Assembly (NCBI GenBank): GCA_946056135.1
Contig: CAMGIN010000002.1
Coordinates: forward strand, 328-64,327
Length of the DNA stretch: 64,000 nt
Direction of reading: 5' to 3'
Origin: an uncultured bacterium
Lineage (GTDB): Bacteria > Bacillota > Clostridia > Oscillospirales > Oscillospiraceae
In this document: positions 38,519-47,619 of the stretch, piece after piece
Layout of the letters: every line of letters begins with the position of its first letter
How positions within the stretch are numbered: position 1 is the stretch's first letter
Position numbers and translations under genes: made by a program
The notes under the pieces: model-generated
Told to the model about the DNA's origin: nothing
The model's input: only the letters and a program-made list of their open reading frames with translations
Databases searched by the model: none

Positions 38519-39383
38519 GCAACAAAGCCGGGAATACCGGGAGTATATTGAAAGCTATTTGAGAGATTTCTACGCCCAGTTCAAAGAGGAACCCCAAAAG
38601 CCCTTGTTTGAATCCATGGAGTACAGCCTTCTTGCCGGAGGCAAGCGGCTTCGTCCCATTTTCGCCTTTGACTTCTGCCGGATGTGCGGCGGAGACTGGA
38701 AGCAGGCAGCCCCTTTCGCGGCAGCCATTGAGATGATCCATACTTACAGCCTGATCCATGACGACCTGCCCTGCATGGACAACGATGATTACCGCCGGGG
38801 CCACCTGACCAATCACAAGGTCTTCGGCGAGGGCATGGCAGTTCTGGCGGGAGACGCTCTGCTGACGGATGCCTTTATGGTGGCTTCCACGGCTAAGTTG
38901 CCCAAGCCGGAGGACATGGCAACGGCCATCGGACTGCTGGCGGAGTGCGCCGGTTCCCTTGGCATGGTGGGTGGACAGGTGCTGGACATCATGAGTGAGG
39001 AACGGGAGCTGACGGAGCAGGAGGTTCTGGATATCCAGTCCCGGAAAACCGGGAAGCTGATTTCCGCTGCCTGCTGCTTAGGGGCCATTGCCGGAGGTGC
39101 TGACGAAGCGCAGTTTGAAGCCGCCTGCCAGTTTGCCGCCGGACTGGGTCTGGCCTTCCAGATTCGGGACGACATGCTGGATGTCATCGGCACCCAGGCG
39201 GAGCTGGGGAAAGCCACCGGTGTGGATGCCGAAAAGAATACCTTTGTCCGCCTGTACGGCCTGGAAAAGTGCGAGGCGCTGGTGCAGAAGTACACCCAGT
39301 ACGCCATTGACGCGCTGACGGTATTTGACGATCCCGCGTACATGACCGCCCTTGCCAGGAGTCTGACGGAGCGCCGGGTGTGA
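38508..39383 (+). CDS. ispA: Farnesyl-diphosphate synthase / geranyltranstransferase
   Basis: GGKRLRP, DDLPCMDNDDYRRG, GQ, KT, FQIRDD. Confidence 0.95.
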   Translation: MNLEQQSREYREYIESYLRDFYAQFKEEPQKPLFESMEYSLLAGGKRLRPIFAFDFCRMCGGDWKQAAPFAAAIEMIHTYSLIHDDLPCMDNDDYRRGHLTNHKVFGEGMAVLAGDALLTDAFMVASTAKLPKPEDMATAIGLLAECAGSLGMVGGQVLDIMSEERELTEQEVLDIQSRKTGKLISAACCLGAIAGGADEAQFEAACQFAAGLGLAFQIRDDMLDVIGTQAELGKATGVDAEKNTFVRLYGLEKCEALVQKYTQYAIDALTVFDDPAYMTALARSLTERRV

Positions 39384-39450
39384 TAGGAAACGGGATGGGC
39401 TGCCGGATATCCTCATTAAGAAGAAAAGCAGCACGTCAGAGAGGTGTGGC

Positions 39451-39966
39451 ATGGGTTTCCCAATAGAAGTATTGACCAAATCCAATACGCCCGTTACGGC
39501 TTTGGACAGCTTTGTCCGCACCCAGTCTGTTACCCAGGTTTACAGGAAAGCGGATGGGGAATACCGTCTCGTAGTTTGCCCGTTTACGGATGACTGGTCA
39601 GCGGAAAGAAAACGGGAGAAAGCTGCCGAATTGACCGGCGGGGATTTGGTTGCCTATGGAGCTTTTGAAAATGGGAAACTGATCGGGTTCATCGGATTGC
39701 AGAAGAATCTCTTGGGAAGACGGATGATCGTAGATACCCTTCATGTTTCCGCGCCTTACCGTGGACATGGTCTCGGAAAGAAACTGTTTCTGCGCGGTAT
39801 TGCCGAGGCAAAGAAACGCGGCGCCGAAGAATTGTACATTTCCGCATGTTCTTCGAAAGAAACAATTTCCTTTTATCAAGCCATGGGCGCGGTGGTCACG
39901 GATCGGCCAATTCCCCAAATGGTAGAGGAAGAACCCTTTGACATCCAAATGGTTCGGAAGCTTTGA
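39451..39966 (+). CDS. GNAT acetyltransferase
   Basis: LHVSAPYRGHGLGKKLF, LYISA..S.ET..FY...G, EPFD. Confidence 0.85.
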   Translation: MGFPIEVLTKSNTPVTALDSFVRTQSVTQVYRKADGEYRLVVCPFTDDWSAERKREKAAELTGGDLVAYGAFENGKLIGFIGLQKNLLGRRMIVDTLHVSAPYRGHGLGKKLFLRGIAEAKKRGAEELYISACSSKETISFYQAMGAVVTDRPIPQMVEEEPFDIQMVRKL

Positions 39967-39972
39967 TTACAG

Positions 39973-40011
39973 AAAAGCAGCCCTTGACTGTTGCGGTCAA
40001 GGGCTGCTTTT
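39973..40011. terminator. Bidirectional terminator
   Basis: AAAAGCAGCCCTTGAC...GTCAAGGGCTGCTTTT between convergent genes. Confidence 0.85.
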
Positions 40012-40023
40012 GCAATCAGGAAC

Positions 40024-41331
40024 TTATTGAATGTCGTTGTCGTCGAACCGGTCTCCGCATTCCGGGCAGAATTTCGGCGGATGCCTGGGGTCTTCCGGCT
40101 CCCAGCCGCACTTGTCGCAGCGGTACAGGGGCGCGGCGGCAGGCTTTCTGGCGCCGCACTCCGGGCAGAATTTGCCTTTGTTCACACTGCCGCAGGCGCA
40201 GACCCAGCCCTCAGCCGGCTTCGGCGCACCGCATTCGGCGCAGAACTTTCCGGTATTCTCCGCGCCGCAGCTGCATTTCCAGGTTTTTGCCGCGGGAGCC
40301 TCGGGCTTTTGTGCCGCTGCCTGCTGCTGTCCCATCTGATACAGGGAATTGGCGTTGAACCCTCCGGCAGCCTGGGCCATGTTCATGCCCATGAAGCCTG
40401 CCATCGCGCCGTTTTTGTTTCCGGCGGCAGTCTTCATGGCTTCTGCCTGGGCCTGCACCATGTGGGCAGCGGCCATGTTGGGATTACGGAATACAGCAGA
40501 CTTCTGCAGCTCCTTGATGGTGGCCTCATCTTCCGCAGAGGCTGTAACGGAATTGACGCCGACAGATACCACGCTGATACCCCGCAGATCGCTCCACTTG
40601 GCGGACAGCACCTGATTCATGGCCTGGGCCAGCTCCATGGTGTGGCCCGGCAGGGCAGAGTAGCGGATGCCCTGTGCGGAGATCCTGGCAAAGGCGGGCT
40701 GCAGGGCCGTCAGGAATTCAGACTTCAGCTGGCTGTCCAGCTGGGAACGGGTATAATCCTGGGTCACATTTCCGCAGACATTCTTGTAGAACAGAGCGGG
40801 ATTGGTGATGCGGTAGGAATATTCGCCGTTGCATCGGATGGAGACATCCATGTCCAGGCCGATATTGGTATCCACCACCCGGAAGGGAACCGGCGAGGGT
40901 GTGCCGTACTTATTGCCGATGATTTCCTTGAGATTGAAGAAATACACCCGCTGATCCTTGGCGGTGTCCGCGCCGAAGCTGAGACGCCGCATCAGCGTTC
41001 CCAGCGATCCTTCCACGCCGTTTTCCAGCCCGCCGTAGAAAACAGAGGGCTCTGTGGAGGCATCCCAGGTGAATTCTCCGGGTTCCGCGGCGAATTCCAC
41101 GATCTTGCCCTGCTCCACGATCATCATGCACTGGCCTTCGTTGACGGCGATGACGGAACCGTTGGAAATGATGTTATCGCTGCCTTTGGTGTTGCTGCTG
41201 CGTTTGCCTGTGCGTTTGTGTCCTTTGCTGACCAATACATCCGCGCCCATGCTGTCGCAGTAAAAATACTCTCTCCACTGATCTGCCAGGACGCCGCCTG
41301 CGCTGCCCAGTGCCGCTTTGATAAGACCCAT
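40024..41331 (-). CDS. SPFH/band-7 domain protein with C-terminal zinc ribbons (YdjI-like)
   Basis: ADQWREYF, GS.I.V.EGQ, KYGTPSP, three KFCxECG ribbons. Confidence 0.88.
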   Translation of the reverse strand: MGLIKAALGSAGGVLADQWREYFYCDSMGADVLVSKGHKRTGKRSSNTKGSDNIISNGSVIAVNEGQCMMIVEQGKIVEFAAEPGEFTWDASTEPSVFYGGLENGVEGSLGTLMRRLSFGADTAKDQRVYFFNLKEIIGNKYGTPSPVPFRVVDTNIGLDMDVSIRCNGEYSYRITNPALFYKNVCGNVTQDYTRSQLDSQLKSEFLTALQPAFARISAQGIRYSALPGHTMELAQAMNQVLSAKWSDLRGISVVSVGVNSVTASAEDEATIKELQKSAVFRNPNMAAAHMVQAQAEAMKTAAGNKNGAMAGFMGMNMAQAAGGFNANSLYQMGQQQAAAQKPEAPAAKTWKCSCGAENTGKFCAECGAPKPAEGWVCACGSVNKGKFCPECGARKPAAAPLYRCDKCGWEPEDPRHPPKFCPECGDRFDDNDIQ

Positions 41332-41354
41332 ATGTCATTCTCCTTTTTTTGAAA

Positions 41355-42197
41355 TTAGAATTTTCCGCCGCCGCCGCCATGGCTTCGGCCGCTGGAGCTT
41401 GTGTGTACAGAGCTTCCGCCGCCACCGCCACCGCTACTGTTGTTATTCTCCTGACGGCGGACCTTCGTAACATTGCTGTACAGGAAGATATCCTGCTGTG
41501 TCCGCAGATGAAAGGAACCGGGATTCATGTAATCGGAAGCGCTGTACTGCATACGTTTGGTGTTCATGGAGGCGCGCATAATCAGCACCGCTGCTGCAGC
41601 CACGACCATACCGATCACCAGAGAAAGCAGGATATTGGGCGAACGTTTCTGCTGGGAATACACGATTGTCTCCTGGTCGCCGTGGTAGTAGTCCCCGGAG
41701 TAATCCGCGTATCCGTCAACCGGTGTTCCCTCCTGCAACGAATCCAGATAATAGGGGAGGGCATCCAGATAGGCGTCAAAGCCGTTGTAGAAATCCCCAT
41801 CGGACAGATAGGGAATCACCGTGTCCCCAAGCTTCTGAATACCGTAGTCCGTCAGGGCGTAAATCGCGTCGCCGCAGGTGGAGATGTACCAATCCCGTTC
41901 TTCCATGGCCAGCAGGAATAAAACACCGCTGTCACCATATCCGTGATTGTCATAGTAGTCATCCGCGTAATTCTGGGGTCGTTTGCCATCCAGACGGTCC
42001 ACCGTCAGAATCACGATGTCCATTCCATATTCCGTCCCCAGAGAACGCGCCTTGTCCTCCAGAGCTCCTTGCTCCTGGGCAGAGAGCAGTCCGGCATTGT
42101 CCACCACCAGTGTCGGGTCCGACACAACGGAAACATTCAGAGACAATCCCACGAGAATCAGCAGGAGCAAAAGAAGGGAAATCACGTTTCGTTTCAT
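41355..42197 (-). CDS. TPM domain protein (YdjH-like)
   Basis: Signal peptide, VVDNAGLLS, TM, Gly/Ser tail SSGRSHGGGGGKF; start MKRNV. Confidence 0.88.
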   Translation of the reverse strand: MKRNVISLLLLLLILVGLSLNVSVVSDPTLVVDNAGLLSAQEQGALEDKARSLGTEYGMDIVILTVDRLDGKRPQNYADDYYDNHGYGDSGVLFLLAMEERDWYISTCGDAIYALTDYGIQKLGDTVIPYLSDGDFYNGFDAYLDALPYYLDSLQEGTPVDGYADYSGDYYHGDQETIVYSQQKRSPNILLSLVIGMVVAAAAVLIMRASMNTKRMQYSASDYMNPGSFHLRTQQDIFLYSNVTKVRRQENNNSSGGGGGGSSVHTSSSGRSHGGGGGKF

Positions 42198-42211
42198 AGT
42201 CCGTTCCCTCC

Positions 42212-43297
42212 TTACAGAACCAGCCACTGCACCAGCAGGGAAAGCAGTGTTACCCCGGCACAGATTGCGGCGAACCATCCGGCTGTCCGCTTGGGACAGA
42301 TGGGGAAGGAGCCAGTCATTTTTCCGGTCTGGCCATTCATGGCGAAGGTGTAGATTTTTCCTCGGTATTGGGTGTTCAGGATCCACACTGGCAGCAGCGC
42401 ATACCGAGCCTTGCTGTGCCGGATCTGAAGCTGCTTGGAGGTGGGAACCACTGTGGCATAGCCGATCAGGGAGGGCTGCAGCGCATCCTCCACGGCGTTG
42501 TCCACCCGCTGACGGATTCGTGCTTCCCCGTCTTCGGAAGGAACGTCGTATTTGTCCGCCAAAAAGCCTGTGAGATAGGCCATATCGAAGTCCCTCATCT
42601 GGCCATAGTCGTAAGGCTCAATGGACTCCATAAAAGTGTCATCCATTTTGGAGGAGCCGTCCATGGGAATCCCCTGAAAGCTGGCCTCTGCTCCCCGCCG
42701 CAGAAGAAAGTGATTTGTCTTCGTATAATGGTACTGGGAGTCCGACCAGGTGTGAACGCTGGTAGCTTTATAGCTGCCGTTGTAGTCTGCGCTGCAGTCG
42801 TAAAGCCAGAAGGGAACATACATGCCTGTGATCTTTTCCAAGCGCTGTTCCTGAGTGAATTCTTTCGGCAGCAACGGTTTTCCCTTGCACAGCCGAAGAA
42901 ACGCGGTTTTGGCGTCCTCCTTGCTGGTCTGGAATGGGATGACCGCGTCCGGCTTCAGTCCGCCGCTGAGACGGGAGGGCATGATGGTGGGATTGTCGCA
43001 GTAGGGACAGAAGGTTGCGGCGGTGTTCTCATCGGTCAGAATTTCACCGCCGCAGGCAGGGCATTGGAAGGCGTGCATGGCCTGCTGCTCTTCCTCTGCC
43101 CATTCCTGGTTCGGACGATCATCCCACTGAAATTCTTCGTCGCTTTGCTTCTCGCTGTCGTTGAAGGCCTTAACAGCATCGATGTCAAAGGTATTTCCAC
43201 AGTATTCGCAGGTCAGAAGCTGGCTTTCTCCGCCGAAAACCAAACCTGCGTTGCAGCAGGGACATTTGTATTCCAGGACACGGTTTTGCCCTTCCAT
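42212..43297 (-). CDS. Zinc-ribbon membrane protein (YdjG-like)
   Basis: CPCC, CEYC, CPAC, CPYC; PDAVIPF, YVPFW, LLPVW, NGQTGK, C-terminal TM. Confidence 0.85.
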   Translation of the reverse strand: MEGQNRVLEYKCPCCNAGLVFGGESQLLTCEYCGNTFDIDAVKAFNDSEKQSDEEFQWDDRPNQEWAEEEQQAMHAFQCPACGGEILTDENTAATFCPYCDNPTIMPSRLSGGLKPDAVIPFQTSKEDAKTAFLRLCKGKPLLPKEFTQEQRLEKITGMYVPFWLYDCSADYNGSYKATSVHTWSDSQYHYTKTNHFLLRRGAEASFQGIPMDGSSKMDDTFMESIEPYDYGQMRDFDMAYLTGFLADKYDVPSEDGEARIRQRVDNAVEDALQPSLIGYATVVPTSKQLQIRHSKARYALLPVWILNTQYRGKIYTFAMNGQTGKMTGSFPICPKRTAGWFAAICAGVTLLSLLVQWLVL

Positions 43298-43311
43298 AGA
43301 TGCCTCCTTTT

Positions 43312-44517
43312 TTATCCGCGCAGATATTCAAAAGCGGAGTAAGTGAATACTGCCGCGCCGGTGCTGAGAACATTTTCGTCGAAGGTCACCTTGGGATGAT
43401 GTTGAGGGAATGTGTGGCCCTTGGCGGGTTCACCTGCTGCCAGCGCCAGCATCAGAGCGGGGACCTCCTGGGTGACATAGGCGAAGTCCTCGGAACCGCC
43501 GCCACGGGAGGGCTTTCCACCGCTGAGTTCCGCCGTGGTAAAGGCGCCGTAGGGTCCTAAGAGATCCTTCAGATATCCGGCGACCTTCTCGCACAGGTCC
43601 TTGTCATTGACCAGGGTGGGGCAGCCGCTGCCGAAGGTGACTTCCGCTGTGGCCCGGAAGGAAGCCGCAATGCTCTGGGAGATCTCAGTCATCCGCTGCT
43701 TCAGGTAGCTGCGGGTCTTCTCGTCATAGGTGCGGATGGTGCCGCTCATGGTTGCGGAATCGGGAATCACGTTGCCGACCTCGCCGCCCTGGAAGGTTCC
43801 GATGGTCAGCACCGCTTCCTCCGTAGAGGACAGTTCCCGGGCGTGGATCTCCTGCAGCGCGATCAGAATATGCGCCGCGGCGGTCAGCGGGTCTACACCG
43901 TTCTGGGGCGCGGAGCCGTGACAGCCCTTGCCCTGGACCCGAATGCTGAAATAGTCGGCCGCCGGAGCGCTGACACCGGGAGAGGAAACGATCACAGTGC
44001 CGGCGGGGATGGGCATACCGGCGGTCACATGAATCATCATGGCCGCGTCAGGACGGGGATCCTCCAGGACGCCGGATTCGATCATATCTTTGCTGCCTTC
44101 GAATACTTCTTCCGCAGGCTGGAACATGAGCTTTACCATGCCGGGAAGTTCTGACTCATGTTCTTTCAACAGCTTTGCGGTGCCAAGCAGCATGGCCGTA
44201 TGCATATCGTGGCCGCAGGCGTGCATTCTGCCGTTGCCGCAGGCATAGCCCAGGCCGGTTTCCTCGGTGATGGGCAGGGCATCCATATCCGCACGGAGCA
44301 GGATCACCTTTCCGCCGGACTTACCGACGGTGGTCACCAGACCTGCCTTGCCGCATTCTTTTACGGTATAGCCCATTTCCTCCAGAGCGGCTTTGACATA
44401 GGGCTTGGTTTCAGTCAGGTCAAAGCCGGTTTCCGCGTGGGCATGGAGCCAGCGGCGGTGGGAACACATTTCTTCCAGCAGACCGCCTGCTTCCTGCAAA
44501 ACTTGTTCTTTGGTCAT
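43312..44517 (-). CDS. M20 amidohydrolase
   Basis: LRADMDALP, MHACGHD, FQPAEE, SEDF, HHP. Confidence 0.93.
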   Translation of the reverse strand: MTKEQVLQEAGGLLEEMCSHRRWLHAHAETGFDLTETKPYVKAALEEMGYTVKECGKAGLVTTVGKSGGKVILLRADMDALPITEETGLGYACGNGRMHACGHDMHTAMLLGTAKLLKEHESELPGMVKLMFQPAEEVFEGSKDMIESGVLEDPRPDAAMMIHVTAGMPIPAGTVIVSSPGVSAPAADYFSIRVQGKGCHGSAPQNGVDPLTAAAHILIALQEIHARELSSTEEAVLTIGTFQGGEVGNVIPDSATMSGTIRTYDEKTRSYLKQRMTEISQSIAASFRATAEVTFGSGCPTLVNDKDLCEKVAGYLKDLLGPYGAFTTAELSGGKPSRGGGSEDFAYVTQEVPALMLALAAGEPAKGHTFPQHHPKVTFDENVLSTGAAVFTYSAFEYLRG

Positions 44518-44712
44518 CAGAATCATCCTCCTTATGGATTTTCTGTTAGTATATCACAGTGACCGGAAAAATTCGATAGAGAAATAAAAAATTATGCATG
44601 AAAAGTGAAAATTTCATAACGCAAAAGAGATGATAGCGGTGTGATACGGCAGTTGTTTTTTTCTGTACAATCTGCTATACTTTTTCCAGAAAACATTCAA
44701 GGAGAGAGAATC

Positions 44713-45621
44713 ATGCTGGACGTTCTGATGCGGGCAGGAAGCTTTATTGCTGTCATTCTTTTGGGGTACTTTCTGAAGAAAATTGGATTCTTCAAGCAGG
44801 AGGATTTTACCATTTTGTCCCGGATTACCATTCGGATCACGCTGCCTGCCACTATTATCAGCAGCTTCGCCGGAAGGGAGATCGATATGGCGCTGCTGAG
44901 TCTTGCGCTGCTGAGCATTGGCTGTGGGCTGCTCTATGTTGCCATTGGATTTCTGATTAACCGGAAGTATGGCCGGGAGCAGCAGGCTTTTGAAATGCTG
45001 AATCTTCCGGGCTACAATATTGGCACCTTTGTGATTCCCTTTGCCCAGAGCTTTCTGGGACCCATGGGCGTTGTGGCTACCAGCCTGTTTGACACCGGCA
45101 ACTCGGTGATTTGCCTTGGCGGCGCCTACAGCATGGCTGTCATGGTCAAGGACGGTACCGGTTTTTCTGTTAAGCGCATTCTGAAATCTCTGGCCCATTC
45201 CGTTCCCTTCGTTTGCTATGTGCTTGTGCTGGTGATGAATCTTCTAAAAATCTCCATGCCGGGTTTTGTCATGTCCTGTGCCGGAATCATCGGCAACGCC
45301 AATGCCTTTATGGCTATGCTGATGATTGGCGTTGGCTTCAAGCTGGAGGGGAACAAAGCACAGATCCGTACCATTGTGAAGCTGCTTTCCATCCGGTACG
45401 GTGTGGCCATGATCCTCGCATGGATCTTCTATTTCCTCCTGCCCTTTGGGCTGGAGATTCGACAGGCTTTGGTAATTCTGGCCTTCAGCCCCATTGGTTC
45501 CGCTGTACCGGCTTTCACGGGAGAAATGAAGGGGGATGTGGGACTGTCCAGTGCTTTGAATTCTCTGTCCATCCTCATCAGTATTGCCATCATCGTCACA
45601 TTGCTGACTGTAATGCTGTAA
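44713..45621 (+). CDS. AEC (auxin efflux carrier) family transporter
   Basis: ITLPA, GYNIGTF..P, FDTGN, about 10 TMs. Confidence 0.85.
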   Translation: MLDVLMRAGSFIAVILLGYFLKKIGFFKQEDFTILSRITIRITLPATIISSFAGREIDMALLSLALLSIGCGLLYVAIGFLINRKYGREQQAFEMLNLPGYNIGTFVIPFAQSFLGPMGVVATSLFDTGNSVICLGGAYSMAVMVKDGTGFSVKRILKSLAHSVPFVCYVLVLVMNLLKISMPGFVMSCAGIIGNANAFMAMLMIGVGFKLEGNKAQIRTIVKLLSIRYGVAMILAWIFYFLLPFGLEIRQALVILAFSPIGSAVPAFTGEMKGDVGLSSALNSLSILISIAIIVTLLTVML

Positions 45622-45707
45622 TCAGTTAATCAGAAAGTCCACGAAAACACAGCAAGAGCTTCCCGTTTCTGAGAAGCCCCTGCTGTTTTTTTCGTTTTTC
45701 AGAAGCG

Positions 45708-46769
45708 TTACCCTTCTATGGGAAAGGGGATTCCCCCAACCTGGACGCTTTCCACTTCCTCCAAAAGCAGGATGTCGGAAAACACGGTACTCTTGGAGCA
45801 GTAGGTCTTTCCGTTTTCCGGACGGATGCTGCCGCCGGTGTTGCTGATATCGATCACAGTACCGTCCTTTTTCACCAGAAGGATCTCCACATTTTCCATG
45901 TAGCGCTCCATTTGGAGACGGTCCTCTTCCGGCAGTCTCCCGCTGGGGGCGTTGCTCCACTGCACTTCGGAATCCACCTCGTAATCCAACCGGATTCCCA
46001 CCGGAGAAACATAGATATCCGTTATGGTAAATTGCATGCCCTCCTGCGAGAAGGTTTCCCCATTGCCAAGTCTGACAGAGGAGTCCGCATAATCCACGTC
46101 AAACCGGAATTTCCAATGCCCTTCCACAACGGGAACACTGTCGCCGGAGGTTTCGTCCCAGTAAGACAGATCCTGGAATTCCACCTTCGCGGTTCCTTTG
46201 TTCAGCGGTTCGTCGGAGCTGATGGTGCAAATGTACTGAATCTGGCTGTCTCCGGGGAGTTCGTCCCGGAACCGTGCGCTGCCGTGGGCCCCGCCGCTTT
46301 GGACCAGGCGGATATCGCCAAAGTCCCCCAGTCGAAGCTGCTCTGCGGGGATATTCTCCGGAAGGAGAGGGGTGCCGTCATCCCGTGTGACGGAGAAGAC
46401 GATGCAGGCGTTATACCGGTCGCCAATGATGGCCTCTGCGCGGATGGTCACCCCGTTATCCGTATCACTGGCGTCAATGGGCCGTCCGATTTGATCGATG
46501 ACTTCCGTCTGGGCCACAGCGCCGCCGAAGATAGGGGACAATATTTCAGAAACAGGGGTTGGAATCCCGGCTGCTTCCGCGGTGACCGTCAGAATGGAAA
46601 CAAGACAGGCGGCTGCCGCAATTTTACCGAGTACATGGTGGTTCTTTCTGGTCTTTCGGGAGACAGTGCCGGCTTCCCGGGCCGCGTTGGCGGCAATCCG
46701 TGCTTTCTGCTCCGCTGTAAAGGAAAGCTTGTCATAGCTTTTCTGATACTGATGCATTTCCATATCCAT
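45708..46769 (-). CDS. Putative membrane anti-sigma factor (DUF4179-like)
   Basis: Short N-terminus, TM, extracellular SDTDNGVTI...G.W.F domain; overlaps the ECF sigma gene. Confidence 0.75.
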   Translation of the reverse strand: MDMEMHQYQKSYDKLSFTAEQKARIAANAAREAGTVSRKTRKNHHVLGKIAAAACLVSILTVTAEAAGIPTPVSEILSPIFGGAVAQTEVIDQIGRPIDASDTDNGVTIRAEAIIGDRYNACIVFSVTRDDGTPLLPENIPAEQLRLGDFGDIRLVQSGGAHGSARFRDELPGDSQIQYICTISSDEPLNKGTAKVEFQDLSYWDETSGDSVPVVEGHWKFRFDVDYADSSVRLGNGETFSQEGMQFTITDIYVSPVGIRLDYEVDSEVQWSNAPSGRLPEEDRLQMERYMENVEILLVKKDGTVIDISNTGGSIRPENGKTYCSKSTVFSDILLLEEVESVQVGGIPFPIEG

Positions 46770-47244
46770 ATTCCTCCAGGTAAGGTTTCAGCTTTTCTCT
46801 GCCTCTTGCGAGGCGTGTGTGGACGGTGGCTGTAGGAATCCCCAGAATCTGGCCGATTTCCGATGCCTGATATCCTTCGTAATAATACAGATAGATCACG
46901 GAACGGTAAGATGCCGGAAGCTGGTTGACTGCCGCCAGCACGCTGCCGTCCGGTTCCTCCGGCGCGGGAATCTCCATAAAGGCATCCAGACTACAGCTGC
47001 GTTTCCGCCAGGGACTTTTCAGCAGGTCTTTGCAGGCGTTGGCGGCCATGCGAAGCACATAGGCCCGCTCATGCTCGGGAGAATCAAATTCCCTGGGCTG
47101 GGTCAGCAGCTTAACAAATACAGTCTGGCAGATATCCTGCGCGTCGTCGGTATTTTTCATATAGGTGTAGCTAAGCCGGAGAATGGCGTCCGCGTAGGTA
47201 TTCGCCAGGCGTTCCGCTTGCTCCGTTATGTTCATGATATCCAC
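46732..47244 (-). CDS. ECF sigma-70 factor
   Basis: DAQDICQTVF, region 4 YRSVIYLYYYEGY...EIG.ILG...TV.TRL.RGR. Confidence 0.93.
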   Translation of the reverse strand: MDIMNITEQAERLANTYADAILRLSYTYMKNTDDAQDICQTVFVKLLTQPREFDSPEHERAYVLRMAANACKDLLKSPWRKRSCSLDAFMEIPAPEEPDGSVLAAVNQLPASYRSVIYLYYYEGYQASEIGQILGIPTATVHTRLARGREKLKPYLEEYGYGNASVSEKL

Positions 47245-47271
47245 TCCTTTGTTTCAGGCGCCTTCAACCAC

Positions 47272-47300
47272 AATACGATTCAGAAGCTGTAAAACTTTCA
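47272..47300 (-). promoter_or_regulatory. Putative autoregulatory ECF promoter
   Basis: Minus strand TGAAAG-N17-CGTATT resembles the ECF TGAAAC/CGTA consensus. Confidence 0.5.
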
Positions 47301-47310
47301 AACGAAAAAG

Positions 47311-47579
47311 GGAATTATTCAGTTTCGATTAGGATTGTCGCTTAAATGATCGTTTAGTGCAGCACCCATCGTAGGGCGGGGTCATGACCCCGCCGAAGCA
47401 GTAGGTTAACAAAAACGCCTAATTAGATGTAAAATCCAAACACTGCGTATCCATTTTTTACTTTCGATCCATTGGGCTGGTCGGCGGGGTCATGACCCCG
47501 CCCTACGATGGGGGAAGATATAAATTGGTGCGATAAACGATCATTTGCAGGAGTCCTTGTGGCGCTACTGAATAGATAC
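47311..47579. mobile_element. MITE-like element, copy 4 (269 bp) with a GTAG-REP pair
   Basis: Ends GGAATTATTCAG / CTGAATAGATAC; inner boxes 47343-47356 and 47534-47547; perfect 32-bp IR 47365-47396/47481-47512; flanks CGAAAAAG/TGAAAAAG. Confidence 0.85.
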
Positions 47580-47619
47580 TGAAAAAGAAAAAAGAGGGCC
47601 ATAGGCCCTCAAAGCATTG

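Noticed and set aside
47272-47283. AATACGATTCAG resembling the element's terminal repeat
   Set aside because: No inner box at 20-21 nt and no partner end; it coincides with the ECF -10 region and is probably chance.
5351-47579. Conserved-box plus variable-spacer pattern as a CRISPR or integron array
   Set aside because: The units are dispersed and inverted rather than tandem direct repeats; there are no cas or intI genes and no attC cores.
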